Origin: a virus
Lineage: Duplodnaviria; Caudoviricetes
Reading direction: 5' to 3' (one strand)
Virus record (IMG/VR): IMGVR_UViG_3300032305_001370
Location: 1-33,572 of that record
DNA: 33,572 nucleotides
The position numbers and the translations under genes were made by a program. Shown here piece by piece: positions 17,017 through 26,068 of this stretch. The notes under the pieces are model-generated. The model made no database searches. It had not been told where the DNA came from and saw only the letters and a program-made list of their open reading frames with translations. Each line of letters starts with the position of its first letter. The first letter of the stretch is position 1.

Positions 17017-18060
17017 CTAGGCCTCCATCAGCCGCCGCATGGCCTCCAGATTGGCCCGCAGGCGGTCGTCTAGCGGTGATCGTGCCACGGCATCCTCGGC
17101 CAACTGCAGGGCCTGTGGCCGCAGCCCCAGCTCCCAGGCGGCCATGGCCGCGATGTCGGCGGCCCGGGCCTTGGCGTTGGGATCGGTGGCGTGGGTCGGC
17201 TCGCCGTCCGCCTGGAGGGCGACCTGGGCAAACGCCAGCGTTTCGCGCCACTCGCGCCGCCGGCAGTGGACTTGGGCCAAATGCTCCCAGGCGTCGGGCT
17301 CCCACGTCGCCTCGCGGGCGGCCCGGTGAAGGTGGGCCTCCTCGCCCGTCACACGGGACAAGGCCCGCAGGGCGTAGGCCCGCTCGGTCACGCTGCCGTC
17401 GGGCATCCGCAGGTATGCGGCCCACTGGGCCGCCGCCTCGGCCAGATTGAGGTAGTCGCACTCGCGGGCCAGATACCACCGCGCCCGGGCGTCGTGCGGT
17501 GCCTCGGCCACCGCCACGCGGAGCAGCTCGAGGTCCGTGTGGTGGCGTTTGCCGGGATCCCGGTGGTGGTGGATCTCCAGCCCTTCGGCCACCCGGATCC
17601 GCCGGTCACCTTTCCAGCACACCAGCCCTTCGTGGGTCGCCCCGGTCCATCGGAAGCCGGCCCGGGCGTGGACCCGGTCGCAGTAGAAGACGAGGCCCGG
17701 CCGGCCGTCGGGTGCCCACGACCAGACGTAGCGATACCGCAGGTTGTTGGTGCCGTCGACCCAGGCCCGCTCGACCGCCTCCCGCCAGCCGGGCTGAAGC
17801 CGCTCGTCGAGGTCCAGGCGGATCGCCACGTCGACGTCCGGCGGCAGGTGGTGGAGCGACAGGTTGTGGGCCTCGTCCCACCGCCACGGGCAGACGTAGC
17901 CGGTGGCCACGGTCACGCCGGCCAAGGTCAGCCGCTGCACGGTGCCGTCGGTGCTGCCGGTGTCGGTGACCACCCGCACGTCCGCGTCCTGGCACGACTC
18001 TGCCCACGGGATCGCGTGCTTTTCCTCGTTCTTCGCCAGCGCGTAGACGCCGATTTTCAC
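17017..18060 (-). CDS. GT2 (GT-A) glycosyltransferase with C-terminal TPR-like helices
   Basis: ALAKNEE, VTDTGSTDGT, LDLDE (DxD), HE; TPR-like ARARWYLARE; GTG 18060 overlaps the upstream stop. Confidence 0.85.
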   Translation of the reverse strand: MKIGVYALAKNEEKHAIPWAESCQDADVRVVTDTGSTDGTVQRLTLAGVTVATGYVCPWRWDEAHNLSLHHLPPDVDVAIRLDLDERLQPGWREAVERAWVDGTNNLRYRYVWSWAPDGRPGLVFYCDRVHARAGFRWTGATHEGLVCWKGDRRIRVAEGLEIHHHRDPGKRHHTDLELLRVAVAEAPHDARARWYLARECDYLNLAEAAAQWAAYLRMPDGSVTERAYALRALSRVTGEEAHLHRAAREATWEPDAWEHLAQVHCRRREWRETLAFAQVALQADGEPTHATDPNAKARAADIAAMAAWELGLRPQALQLAEDAVARSPLDDRLRANLEAMRRLMEA

Positions 18061-18680
18061 GCCCGCCTCCAGACGATCAGGGTCTCCCCGGCCGTGCCGC
18101 CGCAGAACTCGCAGCCCGGCCGACAACGGGCCTTGCCGATATGGACGCCGGTAGGCACCGCCTCCCACCGCAGCCCGTCAGGGGCGGTGATCCGGTCCGC
18201 GAGCAGCTCGGGGCGGCAGTCGATGTCGATGTCCTCGATGACGTACACGCCGCCCGGGGCCAAGAGCGGCAACAGCGTCTCGGCGGTGACCATCTGATGG
18301 GCCTCGAGGTGCGAGCCGTCGTCGATGACGAGGTCGAACAACCCGCCTCCGGCTGCGGCCACGGCCGCCTGCAGCGACTGACGGACGCCCTGGTCGGCCT
18401 CATAGCACCGGATCCGCCCGGCCGTGAACAGAACGTCCGGCCGAATGTCGAGGCCGATGATCTCAGCCGCCGGGAAATACTCCTCCCACATTCGCAGCGA
18501 CGAGCCGGCGTTCACGCCCACCTCGAGCACCCGCCGCACCGCCTCGCGGCGATCGCCGAACATGGCGTGGTACGCGGGCGTGTAGTTGTGGCAGGTGTCC
18601 CCGGGCACGCCGCCGTAGACGGTCGAGGTGCCGCCCTTGTCGGTCATGTGCTTGTCGGCCAGTTGGCAAAGGATGGTCAT
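18057..18680 (-). CDS. Class I SAM-dependent methyltransferase (sugar O-methyltransferase-like)
   Basis: VLEVGVNAGSSL, IIGLDI, FDLVIDDGSH, LAPGGVYVIED. Confidence 0.85.
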   Translation of the reverse strand: MTILCQLADKHMTDKGGTSTVYGGVPGDTCHNYTPAYHAMFGDRREAVRRVLEVGVNAGSSLRMWEEYFPAAEIIGLDIRPDVLFTAGRIRCYEADQGVRQSLQAAVAAAGGGLFDLVIDDGSHLEAHQMVTAETLLPLLAPGGVYVIEDIDIDCRPELLADRITAPDGLRWEAVPTGVHIGKARCRPGCEFCGGTAGETLIVWRRA

Positions 18681-19372
18681 GGGAGCCCCCGGTAGTTTGT
18701 GAACTGGGTCTGGTCATGGTTGGCCGGATACCACCGCACGGGCAGGGCCTCGAGCAGCTCGACATAGGCCATGGTGTTCATGTCCCACGACAGCCGGCCG
18801 GTCAGCCTGGCCCGCAGGCTGGCCACCGTCTCGACCGCGTCGAACAGCGGGGCGGCCAACTGCCGGGGGCAGATCCAACAGGACCCGACAAACCGCCAGT
18901 GGGCCTCGGCGTCGTTGACCGGCCCCTTGGGCCAACAGCCGGGCAGCGTGATCGCGTCACAGGGCTGCCGCTCCAGGTCGTCGACAAACGCCCGCAGGAC
19001 GTCTTCGGTGACGTTGGTCTGCTTCAGGACCGTGTATTCGATCCACGCGAACACGTCGACGTCGGGATACCACTCGGCGGCCTGCCGCATCCACCAGTAG
19101 CGTTGCAGGAGGACAATGTTCGACCGGGTCATGTCGTGCGGCGTGTGGAACCGGTCGGCCGGCGGGTGGGCACACGACGGCAACAGGCCGGGGTTCGCCC
19201 TCAGCAGCTCGTAGGCCCAGCAGTCCTCGAGCCGCCAGCCGGCGTCGAAGGCGTGGAGTTTGCCACCCAAGGCGGCCTTCAACCGGCCGCCCAGGTCGGC
19301 ACACTTGCCGGGGGTCAGGTGCTTGGCCGGGAACGGGGCCTGGACAAACCCGGTAACTGCCATCGCCTTCAT
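18677..19372 (-). CDS. HtrL/WlaTC-like putative glycosyltransferase, copy 2
   Basis: VTGF, FAWIEY, WRFVGS, WDMN; paralogous to 19369-20076; ATG 19372 overlaps the upstream stop. Confidence 0.6.
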   Translation of the reverse strand: MKAMAVTGFVQAPFPAKHLTPGKCADLGGRLKAALGGKLHAFDAGWRLEDCWAYELLRANPGLLPSCAHPPADRFHTPHDMTRSNIVLLQRYWWMRQAAEWYPDVDVFAWIEYTVLKQTNVTEDVLRAFVDDLERQPCDAITLPGCWPKGPVNDAEAHWRFVGSCWICPRQLAAPLFDAVETVASLRARLTGRLSWDMNTMAYVELLEALPVRWYPANHDQTQFTNYRGLP

Positions 19373-20076
19373 GGGCTGGGGCCTCCGTAGCCGGTGAACA
19401 GGGTCTCGTCGTGGTCTGCGGCGTACACGCGGAACTTGTTTCGGTGGTCGCGAAGGATGGCAGACCAGGTGTTCACCTCCCAGGTGGTCTGGCCGCTCGC
19501 TTCCATCTGCAGCGTGGCGTACTTCACCGTGGTGTCGTGAAACCACTCAGCCAGCCGGGGCGGCACGACCACCACGCCCCCGGCGACGTACCAGGCCGGC
19601 TTCGACCAGTCGATCAGCGGCCGATTGACCATCGGCCAGATCCCGGCGATCGTGATCCGGTCCGGCGGGGCCGCCTCCACCCGGGCGAAAAACTCGCGGA
19701 TCATGCGGTCGGTGATCGGGGCCTTCAGGTGGCAGATCCCAAAGTCGACCCACACGGCGTGGTCGTTCGTCATGCGGGCCGCCTCGGCGAGCCAGGCGGT
19801 TTTCTGGTGCTGAACTACCGTGTACGACACGGTGTCCTTAATGGGCGATCCGGGCGGCGGCCGGCAGCCAGACGCATAGTCGGACATCCAGCAGTTAGCC
19901 AGCCCGGCCGGGCGGACAAACGTCTGCGGCGTCGGGATCACCTCGTTGGCCGGACCGTCGTAGAAACAGACCGTGGGCAGGGCCAGGCCGACGAGCCGCC
20001 GGCCCAGCTCGAGGTAGCGGGCGTGCGGCCGGTGGCCCGAACTCAGCCGGACGTAGCCGGTGACAAGAGTTGCCAC
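19369..20076 (-). CDS. HtrL/WlaTC-like putative glycosyltransferase, copy 1
   Basis: TLVTGY, VQHQK, VWVDFGI, WYVAGG, WEVN, YAADHD. Confidence 0.65.
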   Translation of the reverse strand: MATLVTGYVRLSSGHRPHARYLELGRRLVGLALPTVCFYDGPANEVIPTPQTFVRPAGLANCWMSDYASGCRPPPGSPIKDTVSYTVVQHQKTAWLAEAARMTNDHAVWVDFGICHLKAPITDRMIREFFARVEAAPPDRITIAGIWPMVNRPLIDWSKPAWYVAGGVVVVPPRLAEWFHDTTVKYATLQMEASGQTTWEVNTWSAILRDHRNKFRVYAADHDETLFTGYGGPSP

Positions 20077-21113
20077 GCTTCCTCCTCCGGCAGCTCGACC
20101 AGCCAGGCCTCCGCGTCCCGCACGCCAAAAGACACGATCACCCGGCCCGGCAGGATCTCCAGGCCGGCGGCAAACTCGATCGCCCGCGATTCGCGAAACC
20201 AGAACGGCTGCGAGATGCGGGCCAGGGCCAGCTGCTCGTCGAACCAGACGAACCGGTGTTCGTAGGACCGGCCCCGCGGGGTGTGGGCCACCTCGTGGAT
20301 CACGGCCAGCCACCCGCCTCGGAACGGCACCAGCTGCGAGCCGCCGCGGAACTCGCTGGCGATCACCGGGGCCGGGCTCCGCCGCACGATCTGCCAGCCG
20401 CCTGGCAGGTCGGGGTCCGGGTCGATCGTCACAACGTGGCCGCCGTGCCGGCAGGCGTAGACCCAGCCGCCCCGGCCGGCGATCGGCATCCAGTTCTTTT
20501 CGTGTTCCTGCGTGGTGATCCCGTCGAGAACCCGGAGGTCGGTGACGGTGGCCGTGGCCAGGTCGATCGTGCCGGCCGCCATCCGGCAACGGCCGTCGAA
20601 CGGGGCCGCGTTGCGGACGGTGGCCGAGATCCCCAGGCCCGCGCCCACGGCCCGCAGCCGGCAGTCCTCAAGCCCGTCCACCGGGTATTTAGTTTTTGGG
20701 TAGGCCACCTCGAGCGGCCGGCAGGACACGGGTCGCAGCTCGGCGTCGAACCGGACGAGCAGGTTCTGGGTGCGGATCGTCTGGCCGTCGGCCTCGGGCA
20801 TGACGTAGCGGCCGTCGACGATTTGATAGTTCGACGAGCGGACGATGGCGACCAGGTCGCCGCCGTGGACGATTACCGTGGGGTTAAACAGCGACCAGCC
20901 CGGGTGAGCCGGGGCGATGTCGATCCGGTGAAACCTCGGGCTCGCCAACTCGGCCAAGAGCGGCGTGTAGACGATCCGATTGGCCCGGGTGACCATCGCG
21001 ATCTCGGCCGACACGTCCGGCGTGGACAGGATCCGCTCGCACGCGCGGCGGCCGGCCTCGATCTCGCCGCAGTGGTAGGCGTGGGCCGCCAGGTGGCACA
21101 GGCTGTCGATCAT
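20043..21113 (-). CDS. Beta-propeller glycoside hydrolase/phosphorylase-like protein (GH130-like) with N-terminal helical hairpin
   Basis: FNPTV, GLEDCRL, EKNWMP, RGGSQ, IEFAAGL, SFGVRD. Confidence 0.7.
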   Translation of the reverse strand: MIDSLCHLAAHAYHCGEIEAGRRACERILSTPDVSAEIAMVTRANRIVYTPLLAELASPRFHRIDIAPAHPGWSLFNPTVIVHGGDLVAIVRSSNYQIVDGRYVMPEADGQTIRTQNLLVRFDAELRPVSCRPLEVAYPKTKYPVDGLEDCRLRAVGAGLGISATVRNAAPFDGRCRMAAGTIDLATATVTDLRVLDGITTQEHEKNWMPIAGRGGWVYACRHGGHVVTIDPDPDLPGGWQIVRRSPAPVIASEFRGGSQLVPFRGGWLAVIHEVAHTPRGRSYEHRFVWFDEQLALARISQPFWFRESRAIEFAAGLEILPGRVIVSFGVRDAEAWLVELPEEEAWQLLSPATSG

Positions 21114-21120
21114 GCCCCGC

Positions 21121-21154
21121 AGTTTGGCAGGGGCCGCCAGCGGGCCGGAGGGGG
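21121..21154 (-). promoter_or_regulatory. Putative late promoter CCCCCTCCG-N19-CAAACT, 7 nt before ATG (leaderless)
   Basis: Intergenic copy heading the glycan cassette. Confidence 0.6.
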
Positions 21155-21191
21155 TGGGCTAGGCCGCGAGGGGGCGGGCGTGGGCCTAGCG

Positions 21192-21470
21192 TCACTCAGC
21201 CGAAACCGTGACCGCAGCCATATAGGTGGCCCGGTCGATCTCTTCGACGGCCCCGCTGGCGAGCAAGTCGGGCAGGATCGCCGCAGCGGCAGGGAACTCG
21301 GTGAACTCGGTGTTCACCGCCAGGACGATCCGCCCGGCATCGTCACGCGGGGCGACCGCGGCCGGGTCGATACAGGTGGTCGGCGGCTGGTGTTTCCACG
21401 CGGCGTCGAGGCCCAGGCGAACCTGTTCGTAGAGGGCGGCATCGGCGGTGCGGAAGTAGCGGTGTGTCAT
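21192..21470 (-). CDS. Hypothetical protein
   Basis: TAATG coupling; protein-like composition. Confidence 0.65.
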   Translation of the reverse strand: MTHRYFRTADAALYEQVRLGLDAAWKHQPPTTCIDPAAVAPRDDAGRIVLAVNTEFTEFPAAAAILPDLLASGAVEEIDRATYMAAVTVSAE

Positions 21471-22210
21471 TATTGGTACGCGAGGTTGTATTTCCGACCG
21501 AGATACGAGCGGATTCTGTCTGCGTCGGCGGTTGCCATGGACCGGCTAAACAGAAGCAGCTCGGCAACAGAGACGTTTGCGGCGTTACCAGCGAGGCCGC
21601 CGCCAGCACCTACGGTCAATCGGGTAAAGCCGTTGCCGCCAATCGAACCCGAGGCCGTGTAGACGTTTTTCCTGTACCGCAACACCGACGAGCTGCTGTT
21701 GAACTCAAAGTCCCAGATGTTGAACGCTTGAACGGAGCCGGACGGCGCGGCGTTGCCAACAACCGTGCTGCCGCCGGGGCCAGAATACATCCGCATGTCA
21801 TCGCCTGGCCCGCCGAGGAACACTTCACCGCTTCGGGACGTGCTGGTATCGCCTCCGTCAAACACTCGCGGCCCGCCGCTAACGTATGCAGCTTCAAATC
21901 GAAACACACCAAAAAACGTATAGGGCTGATTGAACGCAAAGGCGGCCGACTGGAGAAGATCGTTTGTCCCGTCGAATGTGATAGTTGGCCGGCCGTTCAG
22001 CGTAACGCTGTTGTACGCGGGCTGGTTGTTGGTGGTGTTCTGAATCAGGTTTCGCCCCTTGCCAGACAGGTCGCCCCACTGCTGGACGCCTGTTCCAATG
22101 GTGATGCTGCTCGTAACATCGGCGGCGAACCACGCCTCTAGGCCCGAGATGCTCTTGGGGTTGAAGCCCGAAGCCGTGGGCCGCAAGAGCCGGTTGTTCA
22201 TCGCACACAT
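21470..22210 (-). CDS. LamG/concanavalin-like lectin-fold virion protein
   Basis: FNPKSISGLEAWFAAD...WGDLSG...FDGTND...IRSYLGRKY; ATG 22210 overlaps the upstream stop. Confidence 0.7.
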   Translation of the reverse strand: MCAMNNRLLRPTASGFNPKSISGLEAWFAADVTSSITIGTGVQQWGDLSGKGRNLIQNTTNNQPAYNSVTLNGRPTITFDGTNDLLQSAAFAFNQPYTFFGVFRFEAAYVSGGPRVFDGGDTSTSRSGEVFLGGPGDDMRMYSGPGGSTVVGNAAPSGSVQAFNIWDFEFNSSSSVLRYRKNVYTASGSIGGNGFTRLTVGAGGGLAGNAANVSVAELLLFSRSMATADADRIRSYLGRKYNLAYQ

Positions 22211-23097
22211 CACAGAGTGATCTCCGCATACGCTATGCCGCCTGCGCCGCCACCGGAGCAACTTTGTGCGCTGCCGTGACCGCCGCCGCCCCCGCCCGCG
22301 CCGCCGATCCATACCTTCATCGACGTAGTGCCAGCCGGAACGATGTATGTGGTGCCTGACGTGAGCAAGACGTGCGTAGTGCTGCCGCCAACGAACGTCA
22401 CTACTATCCAACCTGTGCCGCCGTTGCCGCCGTTGAAAAAACCAGACTCTGATGCTGCACCGCCTCCGCCGCCGCCGAACCGACCGTTGCCGCCCGGCGA
22501 GCCGTAGTACCCAGCCCCGCCGCCGCCGCACCCGAATCCCGTCGCGTTCCCACCAGTGGCACTAGAGTCTTCATAGGCGGTGCCGCCCGCACCGGACGAT
22601 GTCGTAGCCTGTGCGGGGCTGAGTGCAGCAAGTGCCGCATATAACGAGTTAAAGTTCGTGGCTTGACCGCCCGCGCCGCCGGTGCTTGGCCCAGTGCTGC
22701 CGTTGACGCCGTTGATCGCTCCTCCACCTCCACCTCCAACGTCGCCTCCGGTCGCGCTCGCGCCGCTGCCTCCTGTCGCTGTCAGTACGCCAGACGAGCC
22801 GGAAGCAGTGCCGCCCGCGCCGCCAGTAAAGGGGTTCGCGTTTCGCCCCACGCCGCCGCCGTTGGCAGTCATCGACAAGCCGCCCAGCGTGAACGTGGTT
22901 GTGCCGCCTGCCGTAGCAGCCGCGCTAGAAGTTGTCCCCGTGCCAGCATCGCCGATGCTGTAGGAAAACACGAGCGATGGACTCGGCCAGATTCCCGCCC
23001 GCTTGGACTCCTCTGCCTCACGCAGCGTCCACACGCCGCTCGCCGCGGCTGCTGACGGGACACGGTTGGAACCGATGAATCCGCCTCGCCCCCTCAT
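22210..23097 (-). CDS. Glycine-rich fibre/adhesin protein
   Basis: GVWTLRE N-terminal motif; many GGGGG and GGxGG repeats. Confidence 0.75.
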   Translation of the reverse strand: MRGRGGFIGSNRVPSAAAASGVWTLREAEESKRAGIWPSPSLVFSYSIGDAGTGTTSSAAATAGGTTTFTLGGLSMTANGGGVGRNANPFTGGAGGTASGSSGVLTATGGSGASATGGDVGGGGGGAINGVNGSTGPSTGGAGGQATNFNSLYAALAALSPAQATTSSGAGGTAYEDSSATGGNATGFGCGGGGAGYYGSPGGNGRFGGGGGGAASESGFFNGGNGGTGWIVVTFVGGSTTHVLLTSGTTYIVPAGTTSMKVWIGGAGGGGGGHGSAQSCSGGGAGGIAYAEITL

Positions 23098-23549
23098 GCT
23101 TCACCTCCTGCGGAGGCAGCCGCCCGTGCCGCACCATAGGCGAGCATCACCGATTCAAACTCCGCGAACGTGAGCGTGTGCCGCTCGCCCGCCATGTCGG
23201 TCACGACGCACGGCTGCGTCGCACCCAACTGGTTCGCCCTCGCGGCGAGAACGTAGAGTCCCGTGAGCAGAGCCACATCGTCGGCCTGCCAGCCCAGTCG
23301 CCAGCCCTCACTAGTCTCGTAGCCAGCCTCCAGCCATGCGGGTTCCGGCAGCGGCGGAAACAGCGCGTCTAGGTCGGCCTGCGTGAGCGTGGATCGCGTC
23401 CACCCGGTCGCGGCGAGAACGTCGGCGTCCTCGCTCCATTGCTTCGGATCAGTCCGCGTGCTGCCGTCTGCCATCCGCACGCGGAACGGCAGCTCCAGAA
23501 CCGCCACGCCGCTCGCGTCACGCCAGCAGGAATCGTTGACTGCGGGCAT
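23094..23549 (-). CDS. Hypothetical (tail fibre assembly-like) protein
   Basis: ATG 23549 coupled to the upstream stop. Confidence 0.6.
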   Translation of the reverse strand: MPAVNDSCWRDASGVAVLELPFRVRMADGSTRTDPKQWSEDADVLAATGWTRSTLTQADLDALFPPLPEPAWLEAGYETSEGWRLGWQADDVALLTGLYVLAARANQLGATQPCVVTDMAGERHTLTFAEFESVMLAYGAARAAASAGGEA

Positions 23550-23908
23550 CAAGTGATCTCCTCGTGGGCGGTCGTGAACTCGATGTCGCCCGCCGCACTT
23601 GCCAGACCCGCGAGCGTCCAACCTTCGGGAAGGTGGATCGGGTTCTCACGGCTCGCGATGACGAGGGAGGCGTCGGCAGGCACAGCCACCGTGCTGACGA
23701 TGCTGCGCGTCGCCGTGCCGTCGCTCGTCGTGACGGTCACATCAGCGGTGTTCGTGCCGTCGATGTTCGCGGCGACGAGCGACACGACGCGGATCGCCAT
23801 GTTGCTCGCCGCACCGCACGCGACGATAGTCTGCGATGCCGTCGTGGCGGCGAGGCGTGAGGATTTGAACTCGACGCGGGTCGGGCTGTTCACATTCGGC
23901 GCAGCCAT
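23549..23908 (-). CDS. Small beta-rich virion protein
   Basis: ANIDGTNTADVTV...VAVPADASL pattern. Confidence 0.65.
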   Translation of the reverse strand: MAAPNVNSPTRVEFKSSRLAATTASQTIVACGAASNMAIRVVSLVAANIDGTNTADVTVTTSDGTATRSIVSTVAVPADASLVIASRENPIHLPEGWTLAGLASAAGDIEFTTAHEEIT

Positions 23909-23911
23909 AGA

Positions 23912-24070
23912 TCACATGCTCCAGTGGTACAGGGGGGAGAAAGCTTCTGCTTTCCAGAGGCTTGTCGGTGATAATGCCGTCCAGACCTCCACGGCCCCGA
24001 TGGCGATTCTGATTGGCGTGGTCGCACCCAGCCGAAAGGTCGCATTGCCGCTGCCTAGTTTCACGCTCAT
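23912..24070 (-). CDS. Small hypothetical protein (52 aa)
   Basis: ATG 24070 with GAGG upstream; fills the gap. Confidence 0.5.
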   Translation of the reverse strand: MSVKLGSGNATFRLGATTPIRIAIGAVEVWTALSPTSLWKAEAFSPLYHWSM

Positions 24071-24090
24071 GTCTGCGGTTGCCTCAGTGG

Positions 24091-24642
24091 TCAGACGACC
24101 CGCCAGACGGCCGACGTGGCGTCGTAGACGACCAGGGCGGCACCGCCGGCCCGGTCGATGACGTAGTCTCCGGCCCACGGCACAGAAAAATAGGCGTTGG
24201 CGTTGCTGCCCGTGTTGTGCTGAAGCGTGATCGGGGCCGTGGCCCCCACGTTAATCAGCAGTTTGGCGTCACCGTTCACGCCCGTGATCCCGAGGCCCCG
24301 CAGGTTGACGCCTGTCGTGCCGGTCACCGCCAGGCGGTAAATGTCGCCGGCCCCCGGGTTGTAGCCGGTCACGGTCGTGTTGGCGGTCAGGACCGACGGC
24401 GTGGTCACGACGTTGGTGTACGACGCGCCCGTGGCTCCCGCTGCTCCGGCTGCGCCCGCGCTGCCCGTCGGTCCCGTCACCGTGCTGGCAGCGCCGGTGC
24501 TGCCCGTTGGTCCGGTCACGCCCGTAGGCCCGGCGATCCCGCTGCCCACCAGCGTCCAGGCCTGGCCGCTCCACTGATACGTCCGGCCGCCCGTCGTGAC
24601 CTGCTGGCCGTTGGTCGGTCCGGTGGGAAAACTAAGAGACAT
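24091..24642 (-). CDS. Collagen-like (GPT) fibre protein
   Basis: LSFPTGPTNGQ head; GPTGVTGPTGSTGAASTVTGPTG. Confidence 0.75.
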   Translation of the reverse strand: MSLSFPTGPTNGQQVTTGGRTYQWSGQAWTLVGSGIAGPTGVTGPTGSTGAASTVTGPTGSAGAAGAAGATGASYTNVVTTPSVLTANTTVTGYNPGAGDIYRLAVTGTTGVNLRGLGITGVNGDAKLLINVGATAPITLQHNTGSNANAYFSVPWAGDYVIDRAGGAALVVYDATSAVWRVV

Positions 24643-24655
24643 GGTTCACCCTCGT

Positions 24656-25690
24656 TTAAGCGTATGAAATGACTTGCCACTGGGAACCATCCCACACCAC
24701 CAGCTTCGGGCTAAAAGATCCAAACACCGACGTCACCGTTGAGCCGCCAGGCGTTGCAATGAACAGGGTCTCGAAACTTGTGATTTCCCTAAAGCAAAAC
24801 TCTAGGCCCGGGGACATTCCGGTTGGCAGCGTCACGGTCTGGCTGCCGCCCGTGCAGGTCAGGAACTGGTAGTGGGGCGAGGATGCTGTCAGCGTGATGC
24901 CAGTGGTCAACGTCTGCACGTTGACACCACGGTTTGAAGCTGGCCCCGTCGGCCCGCGCTCGCCCTGAACCCCGATCTCGATGAACTGGCCGCCGTAGCG
25001 GACGAAGTATTTGCCGCTTGCCGTGTCGAGCCACACGCTCCCGGCCGCAGTCAGGTTAGGAGCCGTGGGACCGGTGGCGGCAAATGCCAGCGCCCCGGTC
25101 GCCCCAACGTTGCCCGTTGGTCCGGTCACCGTCGAGGCTGCGCCTGTGGGTCCGGTGACGTTTGACGCAGCCCCGGTCGGGCCGGTGACGGTCGAGGCCG
25201 CGCCGGTGGGTCCCGTCACGTTCGACGCTGCCCCCGTAGGCCCGGTCACCGTCGAGGCCGCGCCAGTTGGTCCCGTGACGTTTGACGCTGCCCCAGTGCT
25301 GCCCGTGGGGCCGCGCTCACCTTGCACCCCAATCTCGATGAACTGGGTCTGGTAGCGAACGAAATACCGTCCGGTTGTTTGGTCGAGCCAGACCGCGCCG
25401 GCCACCGTCAGGCCTGGGGCCGTGGGAGCAGTCGGGCCGACGGTGAACGCGATCCCGCCCGTGGGTCCGGTCACTGATGGACCCGTCGGCCCCGCCACCG
25501 TCGATGTCGGCCCGGTTGGCCCGAACGACAAGTTGATGCCGCTGGGCCAGCTGCCGGCCGCCTTGGGGCCGTACAGGATTTTGTTCGACGTGTCGATGAA
25601 CAGGTCACCGTTCTGCCCGATTCCGCCGGTCGGCGCGGCGGTGCCGGCCAGCACGGGCGAGGCACCGGAGGGAAGTCGATAGAAGGGCAT
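24656..25690 (-). CDS. Collagen-like fibre protein with a duplicated module and 10-aa repeats
   Basis: (TGPTGAAS[N/T]V)n; two copies of VWLD..GxYFVRY..QFIEIGVQGERGPTG. Confidence 0.8.
   Translation of the reverse strand: MPFYRLPSGASPVLAGTAAPTGGIGQNGDLFIDTSNKILYGPKAAGSWPSGINLSFGPTGPTSTVAGPTGPSVTGPTGGIAFTVGPTAPTAPGLTVAGAVWLDQTTGRYFVRYQTQFIEIGVQGERGPTGSTGAASNVTGPTGAASTVTGPTGAASNVTGPTGAASTVTGPTGAASNVTGPTGAASTVTGPTGNVGATGALAFAATGPTAPNLTAAGSVWLDTASGKYFVRYGGQFIEIGVQGERGPTGPASNRGVNVQTLTTGITLTASSPHYQFLTCTGGSQTVTLPTGMSPGLEFCFREITSFETLFIATPGGSTVTSVFGSFSPKLVVWDGSQWQVISYA
25115..25310 (-). repeat. Tandem 30-bp degenerate repeats coding TGPTGAASNV/TGPTGAASTV
   Basis: About 6 alternating units seen in the translation; boundaries approximate. 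Confidence 0.8.
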
Positions 25691-25693
25691 TGG

Positions 25694-26068
25694 TTAATCC
25701 GTGATGACGTACAACGTCGCAGCGTTTTTGACAGAAATAGCGTTGTATTCCGCTTGCGTCAGGCTTACCACGTTGGTGATCGCGTCCGCCCCCGTGATCC
25801 CGGCAGTGTTGCTGACCACGGCACCGGCCACTGTAGGCCCAGTTGGGCCGGTAACGCTGGCGCCGGCTGGCCCCGTAACGCCGACCGGCCCGGTCGCGCC
25901 CACGCCAGCCGGCCCCGTCGCCCCGCTAATCGCGCCTTGCTGCAGGTAGGTCGTGATCTGCGAGAACGTGACCCGCTTGGTGGCCGAGCTGCTCGACATG
26001 ATCAACATGTCGGTGCCGGTGATGCCCGTGACGGCCGGCAGCTCGCTGACGCGCTTCTGAATCGGCAT
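25694..26068 (-). CDS. Short collagen-like protein with tail-fibre-type C-terminus
   Basis: KRVSELP N-terminus; GATGPAGVGATGP; LTQAEYNAI...TLYVI. Confidence 0.75.
   Translation of the reverse strand: MPIQKRVSELPAVTGITGTDMLIMSSSSATKRVTFSQITTYLQQGAISGATGPAGVGATGPVGVTGPAGASVTGPTGPTVAGAVVSNTAGITGADAITNVVSLTQAEYNAISVKNAATLYVITD

Noticed and set aside
17017-21113. Glycan cassette as a DNA hypermodification system
   Set aside because: No base-hydroxymethylase or nucleotide-modifying partner is visible and the genes lie in the late structural operon; not excluded, but less favoured
21470-22531. ORF-track long starts (e.g. 22531, 20589, 19546, 18168, 4598, 2750)
   Set aside because: They extend into upstream genes; internal starts overlapping upstream stop codons fit better
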